The translations under genes and the position numbers were made by a program. 64,000 nucleotides of DNA from Macrostomum lignano (lineage: Eukaryota), in contig NIVC01001424.1 of NCBI GenBank assembly GCA_002269645.1, positions 186,001 to 250,000 of the forward strand, in the 5' to 3' direction. Positions 52,648-64,000 of this stretch are shown here, piece after piece. Under the pieces are notes generated by a model. It saw nothing but the letters and a program-made list of their open reading frames with translations, made no database searches and was not told the DNA's origin. Numbering within the stretch: position 1 is the first letter of the stretch; each line of letters starts with the position of its first letter.

Positions 52648-53334
52648 TTATGTTATGTAGAAGCTCTGCAAAGCGAAAAATAAATAACTGGCTTGCTTAA
52701 ATGATGTTTTAATAAGGAACAGTGGTGAGTGGTTTCGTAGAGCTAATGCCGGCCTAGTAGAATTTAATCGGTTTTTTAATTAAAGGTTGGGATCAGTGGA
52801 GACAGTACGAAATAAAATGAACAATATTAGCAAAAATAGTAATAGTAACCTATGCTATTAAATGAAACCATAATCAAGAGATATTGCTCCGTTTTTCGCC
52901 TTTCTTCGAAACTTAAATCTTTGGCCGTATCAGGTCATTTAGGTTAATATTAAAGCGCAGCCGTAATAAGTTTGGTATAAGGATCAGAGCAGGTTAGAAA
53001 GAACTAAATATGGACAAATCAAATAATCATTTTACGTATACAAACAAAGTTTTCTAATAAAATAAAAAGTTAACTCTTAAATTCTTCTCTTAGAAGTATT
53101 ACAAGAAAAGCACTCTGTAATAACTCAAAAATAAGTATTGGCTTTAATAAATTAAAAAAAATAACCCTCACTTCAAAAGCTGCCCTTTCTAGAAATTGCA
53201 TGGCTTTTTAAATGTATCTTGTATCGTCAAATCAACTGGATTAGCAGCCAAAATTTTGTGATCGTTAAGGTCATAACGACTCTAGCTTTAAATAATTCTG
53301 CAGTTTTTGTGATCGATAATTCTTTTAAGTGGAA

Positions 53335-53416
53335 ATGAAACTATATCAGCAGGTTTCAATTAAGTTATTTAATGCATCCTTTCAAACTTTGTTGGAATCG
53401 TTTGCTTCTCATGAAG
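53335..53416 (+). CDS. COMMD2: COMM domain protein 2, probable exon 1
   Basis: ATG at 53335 is open to the donor G|GTAAGT, phase 1, matching exon 2. Confidence 0.55.
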
Positions 53417-53604
53417 GTAAGTTAGTAATTGGTAAACTGACTTAACCAATTTTAAGACTCACAAAATTCCAAAAAATCTATTTAATTACAATTAAAAGTT
53501 GCTGAGTTTATTGACACATTTTCTGCCAAAGCTTTTATATAAAATAAAACATCAATTTGAATTTGAAATAAAGACCATCATTTTAATTTTTTTTTTCATT
53601 TTAG

Positions 53605-53682
53605 TAATTGAAGAGCTATGCACCATGGCAGAGTCGTCATTTTCATCAAAACTCAATCCAAAATTGATTGCAAATGCAGCAA
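53605..53682 (+). CDS. COMMD2: COMM domain protein 2, exon 2
   Basis: Acceptor tttcattttag. VIEELCTMAESSFSSKLNPKLIANAA aligns to COMMD2 VVAEFGRIAVEFLRRGANPKIYEGAA. Donor A|GTGAGT. Confidence 0.8.
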
Positions 53683-53787
53683 GTGAGTGATTTCGCTTGT
53701 TTGAAAGAAAAAACATTTTAGAAGTTTTTTTACATAGAAATTCTGAATCAAGTAAAGATAGTATACTCATATAATAAAAATTTTCAG

Positions 53788-54317
53788 GCAAATGCCAAAT
53801 TGACAAGGCTGAGATGCAGCGCCTCATTGACTGCCTGTCACTGCTGCTCGAGACCTCAGCCAGGCTCTCCTGTGAGACCAAAGAGGTCGAAGAGTGCCTC
53901 TTGCTGTGTGGGGCGCCTGCAGGTGTAGCCTCAGGAATTGCTGCTCACACAGCAGCCAATCAAGCTGCTCTGCGAGATCACTTGGCTCACCTGGATTCGG
54001 CTGCTCTAGCCCTGTCACCATGCCAACCAACAGCACCTTCAATGAGATCGTCTAGGCCCACCAGCCAACAGTCTCTGCCAGCATTTCACTCCCTTCGCTG
54101 GCGATTCGATGTTGAAATCGCTTCTCGTTGTCTGGGCGATCAAATTGTCCCGCTGCTGAAACTGCACCTGGTCACGCAATCAGCTGACGGCCGCCGCACC
54201 AGCCACTGGCTGCAGACTGACCCCAACAATCTGCGACATCTTGTTGAGAGTCTGGAGGCTGCTCTAACTGCTGGACAGACGAATCACGCTCAGCGAATCG
54301 TGCGCTACGTGAAGTAG
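53788..54317 (+). CDS. COMMD2: COMM domain protein 2, exon 3 (COMM domain)
   Basis: LPAFHSLRWRFDVEIASRCL and LQTDPNNLRHLVESLEAAL...TNHAQRIVRYVK match the COMMD2 C-terminus. AATAAA at 54335. Confidence 0.93.
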
Positions 54318-54504
54318 TAACTGTACAGGCCTACAATAAAACCAAGCCTTCAAAACATTCGCATGATTCCTTATCACGCTATTTCTAGTTAACCAGCAAT
54401 AATTGACTGTTATTGATTCGTTATAGTCTGCGGATTTTAATAGCTTGTTCTGTGGCTCTGTGGAGGGTAGGTATAATTGGTGAAAAGACAGAGGGTCCAC
54501 TACT

Positions 54505-54875
54505 CAGATCAATTTGGGTATCTGAGGACCCGATGCCCATTGCACAGATCAATTTGGGTATCTGGGGACCCCATGTCCATTGCACAGATCAATATGGGTA
54601 GCTGAGGACCCGATGCCCATTGCACAGATCAATTTGGGTATCTGGGGACCCGATGTCCATTGCACAGATCAATTTGGGTATCTGAGCACCCGATGTCCAT
54701 TGCACAGATCAATATGGGTAGCTGAGGACCCGATGTCCATTGCACAGATCAATTTGGGTATCTAGGGACCCGATGTCCATTGCACGGATCAATTTGGGTA
54801 TCTAGGGACCCGATGTCCATTGCACAGATCAAAATGGGTATCTGAGGACCCGATGTCCATTGCACAGATCAATTA
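54505..54875. repeat. 40-bp minisatellite (gacccgatgtccattgcacagatcaatttgggtatctgag)n
   Basis: About 9 copies at a 40-nt period. Confidence 0.93.
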
Positions 54876-55950
54876 ATGATGCCACCATTGCTAATATTTT
54901 GTATTACAATTAATACATTTCCTAAATCATTATTGGTTTTTCAGAGATTGTTTATCGCATTAAAATTGCTTTAATTCTGTCTAATGCGACTGTATAATTC
55001 TCATATTATGATAGCACTAGTTGACTCAAATAAAAATAACACCAACAGAATGCAATTACAGCGCGGCCGCAGATTTGAACAGGAAAGTTTTTTATCCTTT
55101 TCTGGTATGAAACTTCAAAGCCCCCCTCTAGTTTATTTGGATATTTTAATTGGATTTAAATCAAAATTCGCTGGTACAAAAACCGACCATTACCGCTTCT
55201 GTTGAAACTTGAAACATTTCCCAAGCATTGAAGACGCGCCAAGAGCTGAGAGAGACGGGGATGTGGAATTATGTATGATAAACAGTAATTATAATTAATA
55301 GTAATATAACAATAGCACAGGAAATGCAGCAAAACAAACAGGCCAAAAATTATTGAGTAAACAGATAACTTTGAGTTGGGAAGGGGAGGGGGGAATTGCA
55401 GCTCAGCTCAGATGGACAGCAGAGGAACCGGGCAGACTAACATTATACTCATCATCACGCAATTGAATGCTGACTACGTATGAAATAGTCAATAAAAGTA
55501 CAGTACGGACTTGTATAAAAAACCGGGGCAATCTCACACAGCATAGAACTCAAATTATTTAGCAAGCGACCAAGTCTAAATGTACATGACAAACAATAAT
55601 AGTGTGGTTATATAATAAATTAACAATTGTCTAACGAAAAACAGTTGTTTAACTCTTATTTAAACTTATTTAATTAAATTACTTGAATATTTAATACTCC
55701 ATACGAGAACTATTTGGTCAGACAATAGGAAAACAAGCAGGGCTTCAAAGTTATGATTTTTTCACTCGCTAATTATCGATATCTGATAGCTGCTGATTTT
55801 TATACGACTGAATTCTCCATTTGTTGCAATAGCCAACGAGTCTCTGCTTTTAAATAAGTTCTCTCTTCATTCATTCCAATGTCAGTCTGTCTGTGAGAGC
55901 AAGAGAGCACCGATGTTCTTCTGCCAACTCTGAGCTGCCGGTTGCCCCTT

Positions 55951-57165
55951 TTACCAGCCGCCGCCCCCGCGTCCGCCCCCGCGATTGAAGCCGCCGCCCC
56001 CGCCGTATCCGCCCCTGCCGCCGAAGCTGTTATTGTAGCCACCAATGCGGCCAGGCGGGCCCGAGTAGCCCCTGGCAAAGCCGCGACCTCCGCCTCGGCC
56101 GCCGCGGAAGTTGCCATGGTGATGGTTACGGGGCACGTGCCCGAAAGTCTCCGTGTTGAGCTTGCGCTCCTCTCGCCAATTCGGCCTGCCACCTCCGCTG
56201 CCTCCGCCGCTGCCCCTGTCCACAGCCTCCGAGCTGATGTTGTCGAAGAACGACTTGGACTTGTTGTAGCCGCCAGCCTCGTCGCCTTCATTCGACGCGG
56301 CGTCGCCGGCTGCGTTGCCGCCGCCGCTGTCGTTGCCGCCGTCCTCGCCGGCGTCGGAATCGGCGCCAGACACGGAGATTTTCTGCAACTCCTTAGCCAG
56401 GTCTTCGTTCGCCGATTCGAAATCGTAGTCGCCTTCGAACTTCACGCCGCTGCCTGAGCGGGGCGGCCCGCCGCCTCCGCCGCCGCCAAAGCTCTGCGGA
56501 GGCATCGGCCGTCCGATTCCGCCGCCGTGGCCGCCGCGATAGCCGATGGGCCGACGGAAGCCGCCGCCTATTGGCATCGGGCCGCCGCCACCGCGGAAGC
56601 CACCGCCTCCACCGCCGCGGAAGCCTCCGCCACCGCCGCCGCCGCCACGGAAGCCACCGCCGCCACGGAAGCCACTGCCGCCGCCGTCACGGAAGCCACC
56701 GCCGCCGCCGTCACGGAAGCCACCGCCGCTGCCGCCGTCACGGAAGCCGCCACCGCCTCCGCGGCCTCGACGAAACTCGACTGAGCCCATCGAATGCTGC
56801 TGCTGCTGCTGCTGGTGCTGATTCTGGTAGCGAGTTGGGCCAGTGTCAGGCCTGCGATTCTCAAAGTTGCCACCGCCGCTGTATTCGCCGCGCTGATGCT
56901 GCTGAGGCTGGCGTTGCTGCTGCTGCTGCTGCTGGTCCTGGCGTCCCCGCTGATGTCCACCTGGTGGCGCACTTGATGGCTGCTGCTGCTGGTGCTGCTG
57001 CTGGTGCATCATCTGCTGATTGTTCATTGGCGGAGGCGGGCCTTGGTTAGACCGGGCATTTTGCTGCTGCTGCTGGCGGGGCATCGGCTGCGGAGGCGGC
57101 GGTTGGCTTACAATGCTAGCCATTGACGGTGGCGGCAGCTGCGGTGGACCGCCCGAGCTGCCGAA
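55951..57165 (-). CDS. LSM14: LSM14/RAP55 (Scd6/CAR-1/Tral), exon 2
   Basis: FDF box (KFEGDYDFESAN), FFD box (YNKSKSFFDNIS), TFG box (EERKLNTETFG) and RGG repeats. Acceptor gagcag phase 0, TAA at 55953-55951. Confidence 0.95.
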   Translation of the reverse strand, partial: FGSSGGPPQLPPPSMASIVSQPPPPQPMPRQQQQQNARSNQGPPPPMNNQQMMHQQQHQQQQPSSAPPGGHQRGRQDQQQQQQQRQPQQHQRGEYSGGGNFENRRPDTGPTRYQNQHQQQQQQHSMGSVEFRRGRGGGGGFRDGGSGGGFRDGGGGGFRDGGGSGFRGGGGFRGGGGGGGGFRGGGGGGFRGGGGPMPIGGGFRRPIGYRGGHGGGIGRPMPPQSFGGGGGGGPPRSGSGVKFEGDYDFESANEDLAKELQKISVSGADSDAGEDGGNDSGGGNAAGDAASNEGDEAGGYNKSKSFFDNISSEAVDRGSGGGSGGGRPNWREERKLNTETFGHVPRNHHHGNFRGGRGGGRGFARGYSGPPGRIGGYNNSFGGRGGYGGGGGFNRGGGRGGGGW

Positions 57166-57534
57166 CTGCTCGAAATCAGATTTATAAAAATGGGTTGCTT
57201 TAGTTCGAAGATGGAATTTGGAACTTTAGAAATTCAAAGTTTGTTGAAGAGTTTTAGCAATTAGCCCAAGGGAACATTGGGGCCGGACTATTCGAGGATA
57301 TCATGGGGCTTTAAGACTTAACAATATTTATTTAGAAACTTTGGAGAGCTTTGTTGTAAGCTTGGTGATATTGCGATTGCGATATAAGCTTGGGGATTAA
57401 ATTAAGGATTTTGGGGAGCTGAGGTATCAGCTTGGGGACATGGGGAGCTGGGGGATTGACTTGGGGATATTGGGGACCTGGGGGATTTACTTAGAATTAG
57501 TTTAAAGTGACTTAGCTCCTCAGCGACAACTCAC

Positions 57535-58080
57535 CATTTTGCTGATGCCTAACGGTCCACCCGAGCCCATAGGCGGCTGCGACATTGGGGGCGGCCCTCG
57601 GGCCGATGCCATCGGTCCAGCAGCATTGGAGAACTGCTGCTGCTGCTGCTGCTGCTGATGCTGAGGCGGCAGCGGCGGCGGAGGCATGGAAGTCTGCGGT
57701 GGCACACCCGGGGAGGTGACATTCGGCGGCTGTGTGGGCATCCGCGGGTAGCCGGGCGGCGGCGGTGGCGTGCTGGGCTTGGTGTCAATTTTCACAATTG
57801 CCGGGTCCTGCTGCACCAGACCGCCGCTGGGCTTGGGCGGCTCGCACACGTGCAAGTCGCTGATGTCGCTGCCACGAAAGATGATGTACTCGTACACCTC
57901 GTCCCGGGGCGGCACCGGCCTATCGCACGGCCGGTCCTCGGTGCCAAATGACTTCACTTTCGACAGGGCCACAGTGGACTCCACCGTGTCGATGGTGTAC
58001 AGGGTACCCTCGTATCGGATTGCCGCCTTGGAGATTAGGCTAATCCGGCTGCCCAGGTAAGGCATGGCTCCCTGAGACAT
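57535..58080 (-). CDS. LSM14: LSM14/RAP55, exon 1 (Lsm domain)
   Basis: [25 protein letters not shown]...[10 protein letters not shown]...[16 protein letters not shown]. Donor ATG|GTGAGT. Joined CDS is 1761 nt (586 aa). Confidence 0.96.
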
Positions 58081-58237
58081 CTTTGCGTTAATTTGATTAT
58101 CTACACCACAAGATAATAACCCCTAAATAATTGACGGTCAAAGAAATTGTCCCTGGTCCTCGACAATGCCTGTCTCAGCAGGCCTGGCCAACTGGCATGA
58201 ATAAGTAAATGTTAATAGCGAAAATAAATAAATAGCA

Positions 58238-59915
58238 AGCTAGAATGGCACTAGACTGGAGCTAGAATGGCACTAGACTGTAGAGCTAGAATGGCACTAG
58301 ACTGGAGCTAGAATGGCACTAGACTGTAGAGCTAGAATGGCACTAGACTGGAGCGAGAATGGCACTAGACTGTAGCTAGAATGGTATTAGACTGGAGCTA
58401 GAATGGCACTAGACTGGAGCTAGAATGGCACTAGACTGGAGCTAGAATGGCACTAGACTGTAGAGCTAGAATGGCACTAGACTGGAGCGAGAATGGCACT
58501 AGACTGTAGCTAGAATGGTATTAGACTGGAGCTAGAATGGCACTAGACTGGAGCTAGAATGGCACTAGACTGGAGCTAGAATGGCATTAGACTAGAGCTA
58601 GAATGGCACTGGACTGTAGCTAGAATGGCACTGGACTGGAGCTAGAATGGCATTAGACTAGAGCTAGAATGGCACTGGACTGGAGCTAGAATGGCATTAG
58701 ACTAGAGCTAGAATGGCACTGGACTGTAGCTAGAAAAACACTAGGCTGGAGCTAGAATGGCACTGGACTATAGCTAGAAAAACACAAGGCTGGAGCTAGA
58801 ATGGCACTGGACTGTAGCTAGAATGGTATTAGACTGGAGCTAGAATGGCACTGGACTGTAGCTAGAATGGTATTAGACTGGAGCTAGAATGGCACTGGAC
58901 TATAGCTAGAAAAACACTAGGCTGGAGCTAGAATTGCACTGGACTGTAGCTAGAAAAACACTAGGCTGGAGCTAGAATGGCACTGGACTATAGCTAGAAA
59001 AACACTAGGCTGGAGCTAGAATGGCACTGGACTGTAGCTAGAAAAACACTAGGCTGGAGGTAGAATTGCACTGGACTGTAGCTAGAAAAACACTAGGCTG
59101 GAGCTAGAATTGCACTGGACTGTAGCTAGAACGGTATTAGACTGGAGCTAGAATGGCACTAGACTGGAGCTAGAATGGCACTAGACTGGAGCTAGAATGG
59201 CACTAGACTGTAGAGCTAGAATGGCATTAGACTAGAGCTAGAATGGCACTGGACTGTAGCTAGAAAAACACTAGGCTGGAGCTAGAATGGCATTAGACTA
59301 GAGCTAGAATGGCACTGGACTGTAGCTAGAAAAACACTAGGCTGGAGCTAGAATGGCACTAGACTGTAGCTAGAATGGTATTAGACTGGAGCTAGAATGG
59401 CACTGGACTGTAGCTAGAAAAATACTAGGCTGGAGCTAGAATGGCACTGGACTGTAGCTAGAATGGTATTAGACTGGAGCTAGAATGGCACTAGACTGGA
59501 GCTAGAATGGCACTAGACTGGAGCTAGAATGGCACTAGACTGTAGAGCTAGAATGGCATTAGACTAGAGCTAGAATGGCACTGGACTGTAGCTAGAATGG
59601 CACTGGACTGGAGCTAGAATGGCATTAGACTAGAGCTAGAATGGCACTGGACTGTAGCTAGAAAAACACTAGGCTGGAGCTAGAATGGCACTGGACTATA
59701 GCTAAAATAACACTAGGCTGGAGCTAGAATGGCACTGGACTGTAGCTAGAAAAACACTAGGCTGGAGCTAGAATGGCACTGGACTGTAGCTAGAAAAACA
59801 CTAGGCTGGAGCTAGAATTGCACTGGACTGTAGCTAGAACAACACTAGGCTGGAGCTAGAATTGCACTGGACTGTAGCTAGAACAACACTAGGCTGGAGC
59901 TAGAATGGCACTATA
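58238..59915. repeat. 22-bp minisatellite (gctagaatggcactagactgga)n, ~75 copies, just 5' of the LSM14 ATG
   Basis: 22/24-nt units with block-duplicated variant strings. Confidence 0.95.
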
Positions 59916-62080
59916 GTTTTGGACTAAATAAAGTGATACTACTGTGATCTTTCACTGTTGACTGTAGCTTATATGACTCCATCTGGAGTTTTTATGAGCA
60001 TTTACATAGACCTAGATTAATCTTTGAGCTTGAATAAACTTGCATTTATTTAGTATTTTATGATTTATACAGGCAAACAATTTATTTAGAGTCAATTTCA
60101 AACACTTATCTTTAAATATCATTTTAAGCCCAAATCCAAAAATATACTAGATATACAGGATGAATACTGTACTTGCTAAAGATACAACTAGTATGAGTAT
60201 TGTACAATAGTATATCACTAGGTTAATACACATGAATTCTTATATAACTAATTTAAGATGGTACACATTGTCTTAGTCAAGACACTCACTATCAGGGGGG
60301 ATTTCTAATTAAATAGACCAAGTTTAAGAGAAATGGTTAGATTATTTTTTGAATGAACCACTTAGATATAGAAACAAACCATTAGATAGATACTAACAAG
60401 TCATTTTTAGTATATTGGACTAGCTGGGGTAGGCTGTCTGCCAGCAACCAGAATTTTTATTATATCCCCCAGGTAGGGTTGCGCAATTTAAATAGAGTAA
60501 TTATCTTGGCAGTGGGGCCCAGTAAGTTTTCTTATCAGTTGGCTCTGGCACAATCAATTAAATTGGCTATAAAGTTTCTTGCAGCGTGCAGGCTGATAAA
60601 AAATACAATAAAAAGGCCATTTAAAACAGTTTTTAGAATATTTAATCTCTTTAGCAATGAGCTAGAGCTTAATAAAAATGCATGTACTGTCCCGGGCACA
60701 TTTGACATCTTTTGGTGAAGAAATGGCAAAAATTGGTTAAGCTGTTCCGGAGATAATTGATTGCCCACATACAAGCAAGCAAGATTTTCATTTTTAGTAT
60801 ATTAGATTAGAAGAAGAAGTTTCTATACAATATAGGTAGGTAGGTACATAGTCTTGATTTTTAGTATATTGGATTAGATAAACAAAAACAATAACAGATT
60901 TCACTAGGCTATTTCACTAAATTAATTTGAATTGGTAAGATAACCTAAAACTTAAAAGACTGTAAATTAAGGTATAAACTTAAATAAATACTTGATTGAC
61001 CTTGTAAAATTTCATTTCTATTTATCTTACAAAGAGTAACAATACTAAATCACTATTTAAAGTATTACTACTAAACTTTTTACATTAATGTAAGTTAGAA
61101 TTTAGTATTGTTTTATTGACTTTATTAGGTATAATTTATAAGTTTTTAAATCTATGATACAGTTTATCTAAGTATCTTTGTTTTACTCTACTTGTTTTTT
61201 TTTATTTTTAACTATGGCTAAAAGATCAACAGGATGTGAATGCAATTACTATAAGTCTGTAGTTATAGTCATAAGAGCAGCTATTTATTATATGTAGCTG
61301 CCATAGGCACTTATTTTACCATATTTGCTATAGGATCCCATAGTTATAACTATTTTGCAAGTTTATTTTTAGTCTAAGGTTAAATTGTAGTTGATTTATA
61401 AATATACTTTAAAAATGTTAAAAAAATTATAAATACAACTTGCAAGATAAATAATAAAGCTAAAACAAAAAATGATGAAATTTATATACTTCATTTTCTT
61501 AAAAATTGCAAATAATAAAATCCATTCATAAGATTTACAACCCAGTCAGATAAAATAGTTGCAAATTGCAATCTAGTCTTATAGCAACTATAAGCAACTG
61601 ATATTTTTATAACTAAATAGTACATATAATATAGACTTTTAAATATGGTAAGGGTTGGACAAAATCTGAATCTTGATTGTCAAGTTCTTGGCATTTTTAA
61701 AAATCTCAATCTTGGTTTCAAAATCTCAAAAAGTCAATATTTGCAATTGACTATTTGTAATCATGATATTGTGGTTATACCAAATCTTCCAATATGTTTC
61801 CTAATATTATTTCAAATTTGAATCAGTGTTGCAATATAATGCCATGGTAGAAAATGATATCTATGGCCAAAAATGATAGGAAATAGTATTGGAAAATCCT
61901 CTAGCCTTTAGCTCTAATCTACTGCTCTTTTTATTACCCTATCTATTGCCTTATTTATCTACTTACCATTCTAGCCATTGCTTTATTTACTTATCTATAA
62001 AGTGCTATACCTAGTGCTTAGAGGTAGAGGCACTATGTTGTGGCAGCAATTCAAACTTGAAAATAAAATCACAAAACAAA

Positions 62081-62376
62081 CATACATGCGCAACAGTTGG
62101 CCAAGTCGGCCAATCCGGCTGACTGATTTGGCAGCCAATCAAGGAAGTCGCAAAAATGCCCACCCAAAAATACCAAAGTAGTAGTACTAAGTAGCTGAGG
62201 AGGCATTTTGACTTAATAAGACAGTCATAGTTACTTCTGCCGTTTACCCAAAGTTGCGTTAAGTTTGCGTTAGGGTTTTTTTACATGTAAGTCACATTTT
62301 TGGCCAAAAACTACATTGCATTTTTGTTAAAACTAAGTTGCATGGCTGACCGAATTTTGGAGGTTGCGCATGTATG
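62081..62376. mobile_element. MITE, P-like termini, 296 bp
   Basis: Perfect 14-bp TIR catacatgcgcaac / gttgcgcatgtatg. Perfect 8-bp TSD aaaacaaa (62073-62080 and 62377-62384). Confidence 0.92.
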
Positions 62377-62899
62377 AAAACAAACAGAAAACTTGCTAAT
62401 TTTATCATACTTATATTTGATTTATATCAAGTTATTAACAAGCTCAATATCAATTAATCATTGTTTCTTCATTATCATTGCATTTACAAATAATATTATT
62501 AATATTGAAAAAATAATAGTGTAAATGGGCCTACTAGACGCGAATTAGGCTTAATCTAAAACCTCAATGATCTTCAAGTGTAGATCTTATGTCTAAAAAT
62601 CTTTAAAAAATTGATATTGTTTAACCCTTAAAATATGGCATACTAATATATTCTATTCAAAAATTTGCAAGGCTATCTATTTGCTGTCTTTGGATATAGG
62701 AAATAAATAAATTAATTAGTAATGAACACAAAATTTATATTTTACACTATATTCTATTAAACAATTTGCAAGGCTATCTATTTGCTGTCTTTGGATATAG
62801 GAAATAAATTAATAAATTAGTATTGAACACAAAGTTTATTTAGACTGTATTAGACCTTCTTTAATGATTTAAAATATAATTCTAATAGGGTTCTATTAG

Positions 62900-63610
62900 A
62901 ATTTCCCATAGACAAATTGCTTACCAAGATTTGCCTGGAGAAGATTTGCCTATTGAGATCTGCTTGCTAAGCTTTTCATACTAAGATATAATTTTCATAC
63001 TAAGAGTGAATTTTTCCCATGAGTAAATTTCCCATGGAGATTTGCCTGCCAAGAATTGCCCACAAGTGAATTGCCCCAAGAAATTAAATTTTGCCTATAG
63101 AGATGTCTACCAAGCATTGCCCACAAATAAATTGCCCTTAAGTGATTTACCTGCCAAGTTTTACCTTACCTTACCTATCAAGGATTGCTTATAATGCTTT
63201 TTAAAAACATATTTGGCAGCTAGATATTGTCTACATTTCTCTCCTCTCTAACAATATGCATTTGATATGCATTTACCATCTAAATTATTTGATTAGATCA
63301 TTTTTTATTAAAACAATAGAAAAAAAAATTATCTTTCTTTATTAAAAAATAAAGAGGCAATAGAAACAAAATCTGTCCTGTGGCTAAATGCATTGCAAGA
63401 AAAAAAAGCATTGTGGGCAAAACTTGGCAGGCAATTTACTTATAGGCAAACATTGATAGGCAAATCTTGGTAAGTAATTCTTGGCAGGCAAATCTTTATA
63501 AGCAATTTGCTTATAGGCAAAATTTATAGCTTGCAAATCTTGGTGGAAAAAGCTTGACAAGCAAATCTTAATAGGCAAATCTTGGCAAGCAATTAGTCTG
63601 TAGGCATTTA
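62900..63610. mobile_element. Decayed fold-back element with inverted (atttgcc / ggcaaat) subterminal repeats
   Basis: Left cccatagacaaattgcttaccaagatttgcc mirrors right ggcaaatcttggcaagcaattagtctgtagg. Motif orientation flips across an AT-rich centre. Confidence 0.65.
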
Positions 63611-64000
63611 TTGTGCTACCAAAATACAATTCTAATAGTTTATATATAGATTGAATTATTTTAAACTATCAATTGTAAATGCTTCTTTTTTTATGAACTC
63701 TTTCATATATGTGCAACCTCTAAAATGGCATATTATATTATTATACTTTTTAAATTTTGGTACTATAGTTTAGTTTATAATTAGTTTAGTATATATTAGT
63801 ATATAGCCAACACTTATTTTTCTACATGTAAATGTCAATTGTAACAATGGAAAAAGGTCCTTTATTGTTGCAGCACAAAAATAAGGTTGTAATTTTTTAA
63901 TTTGTGTATATTTGGGTCAATTTTCTAATTTTGGTATACTTGGCAAATACCTATTATTCTGCCTAAAAACTCTAATGTTTGTATCTAAAAATATGAATAC

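Noticed and set aside
53722-53751. In-frame 30-nt micro-exon in COMMD2 flanked by 39- and 36-nt mini-introns
   Set aside because: AG/GT and phase fit, but skipping it gives an ungapped alignment to COMMD2 (NPKLIANAASKCQI versus NPKIYEGAARKLNV). RNA-seq could still reveal rare inclusion.
62095-62150. Paired CCAAT boxes in a CpG-containing patch as the LSM14 promoter
   Set aside because: They lie inside a MITE with perfect TIRs and TSD (62081-62376), so the motifs are TE cargo. Co-option is not excluded.

Overview
This is eukaryotic (metazoan) genomic DNA with GT-AG introns, GC-rich poly-Q/A/G coding sequence and dense minisatellites. The style is reminiscent of the flatworm Macrostomum, but that is an impression, not a database result. 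Six gene models can be built by hand with phase-consistent splice sites: NUP214 (-, 2 exons, ~1763 aa), an orphan two-TM poly-Q protein (-), a divergent RING-CH/MARCH-like E3 ligase with two TM helices (-, 4 exons, ~421 aa), MAP2K7/MKK7 (-, 5 exons, ~579 aa), COMMD2 (+, 3 exons, ~229 aa) and LSM14 (-, 2 exons, ~586 aa). The rest is more than 20 unrelated micro/minisatellite arrays, two copies of a tRNA-derived SINE, and several non-autonomous TIR transposons: hAT-like and P-like elements with clean 8-bp TSDs, a TA-flanked 2.7-kb element and a fold-back element. The most notable patterns are sharply bounded CpG-depleted domains with a direct CpG-decay signature between the two SINE copies, a P-like MITE group sharing termini but with different interiors, GGCGCC (E2F-like) motif arrays, a Nup214 whose repeat domain is GGLFS/GGLFA rather than FG, and a different minisatellite in nearly every large intron. 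No CRISPR array, rRNA or intact tRNA was found. No wholly new system is established. All counts were made by eye and no searches were run.
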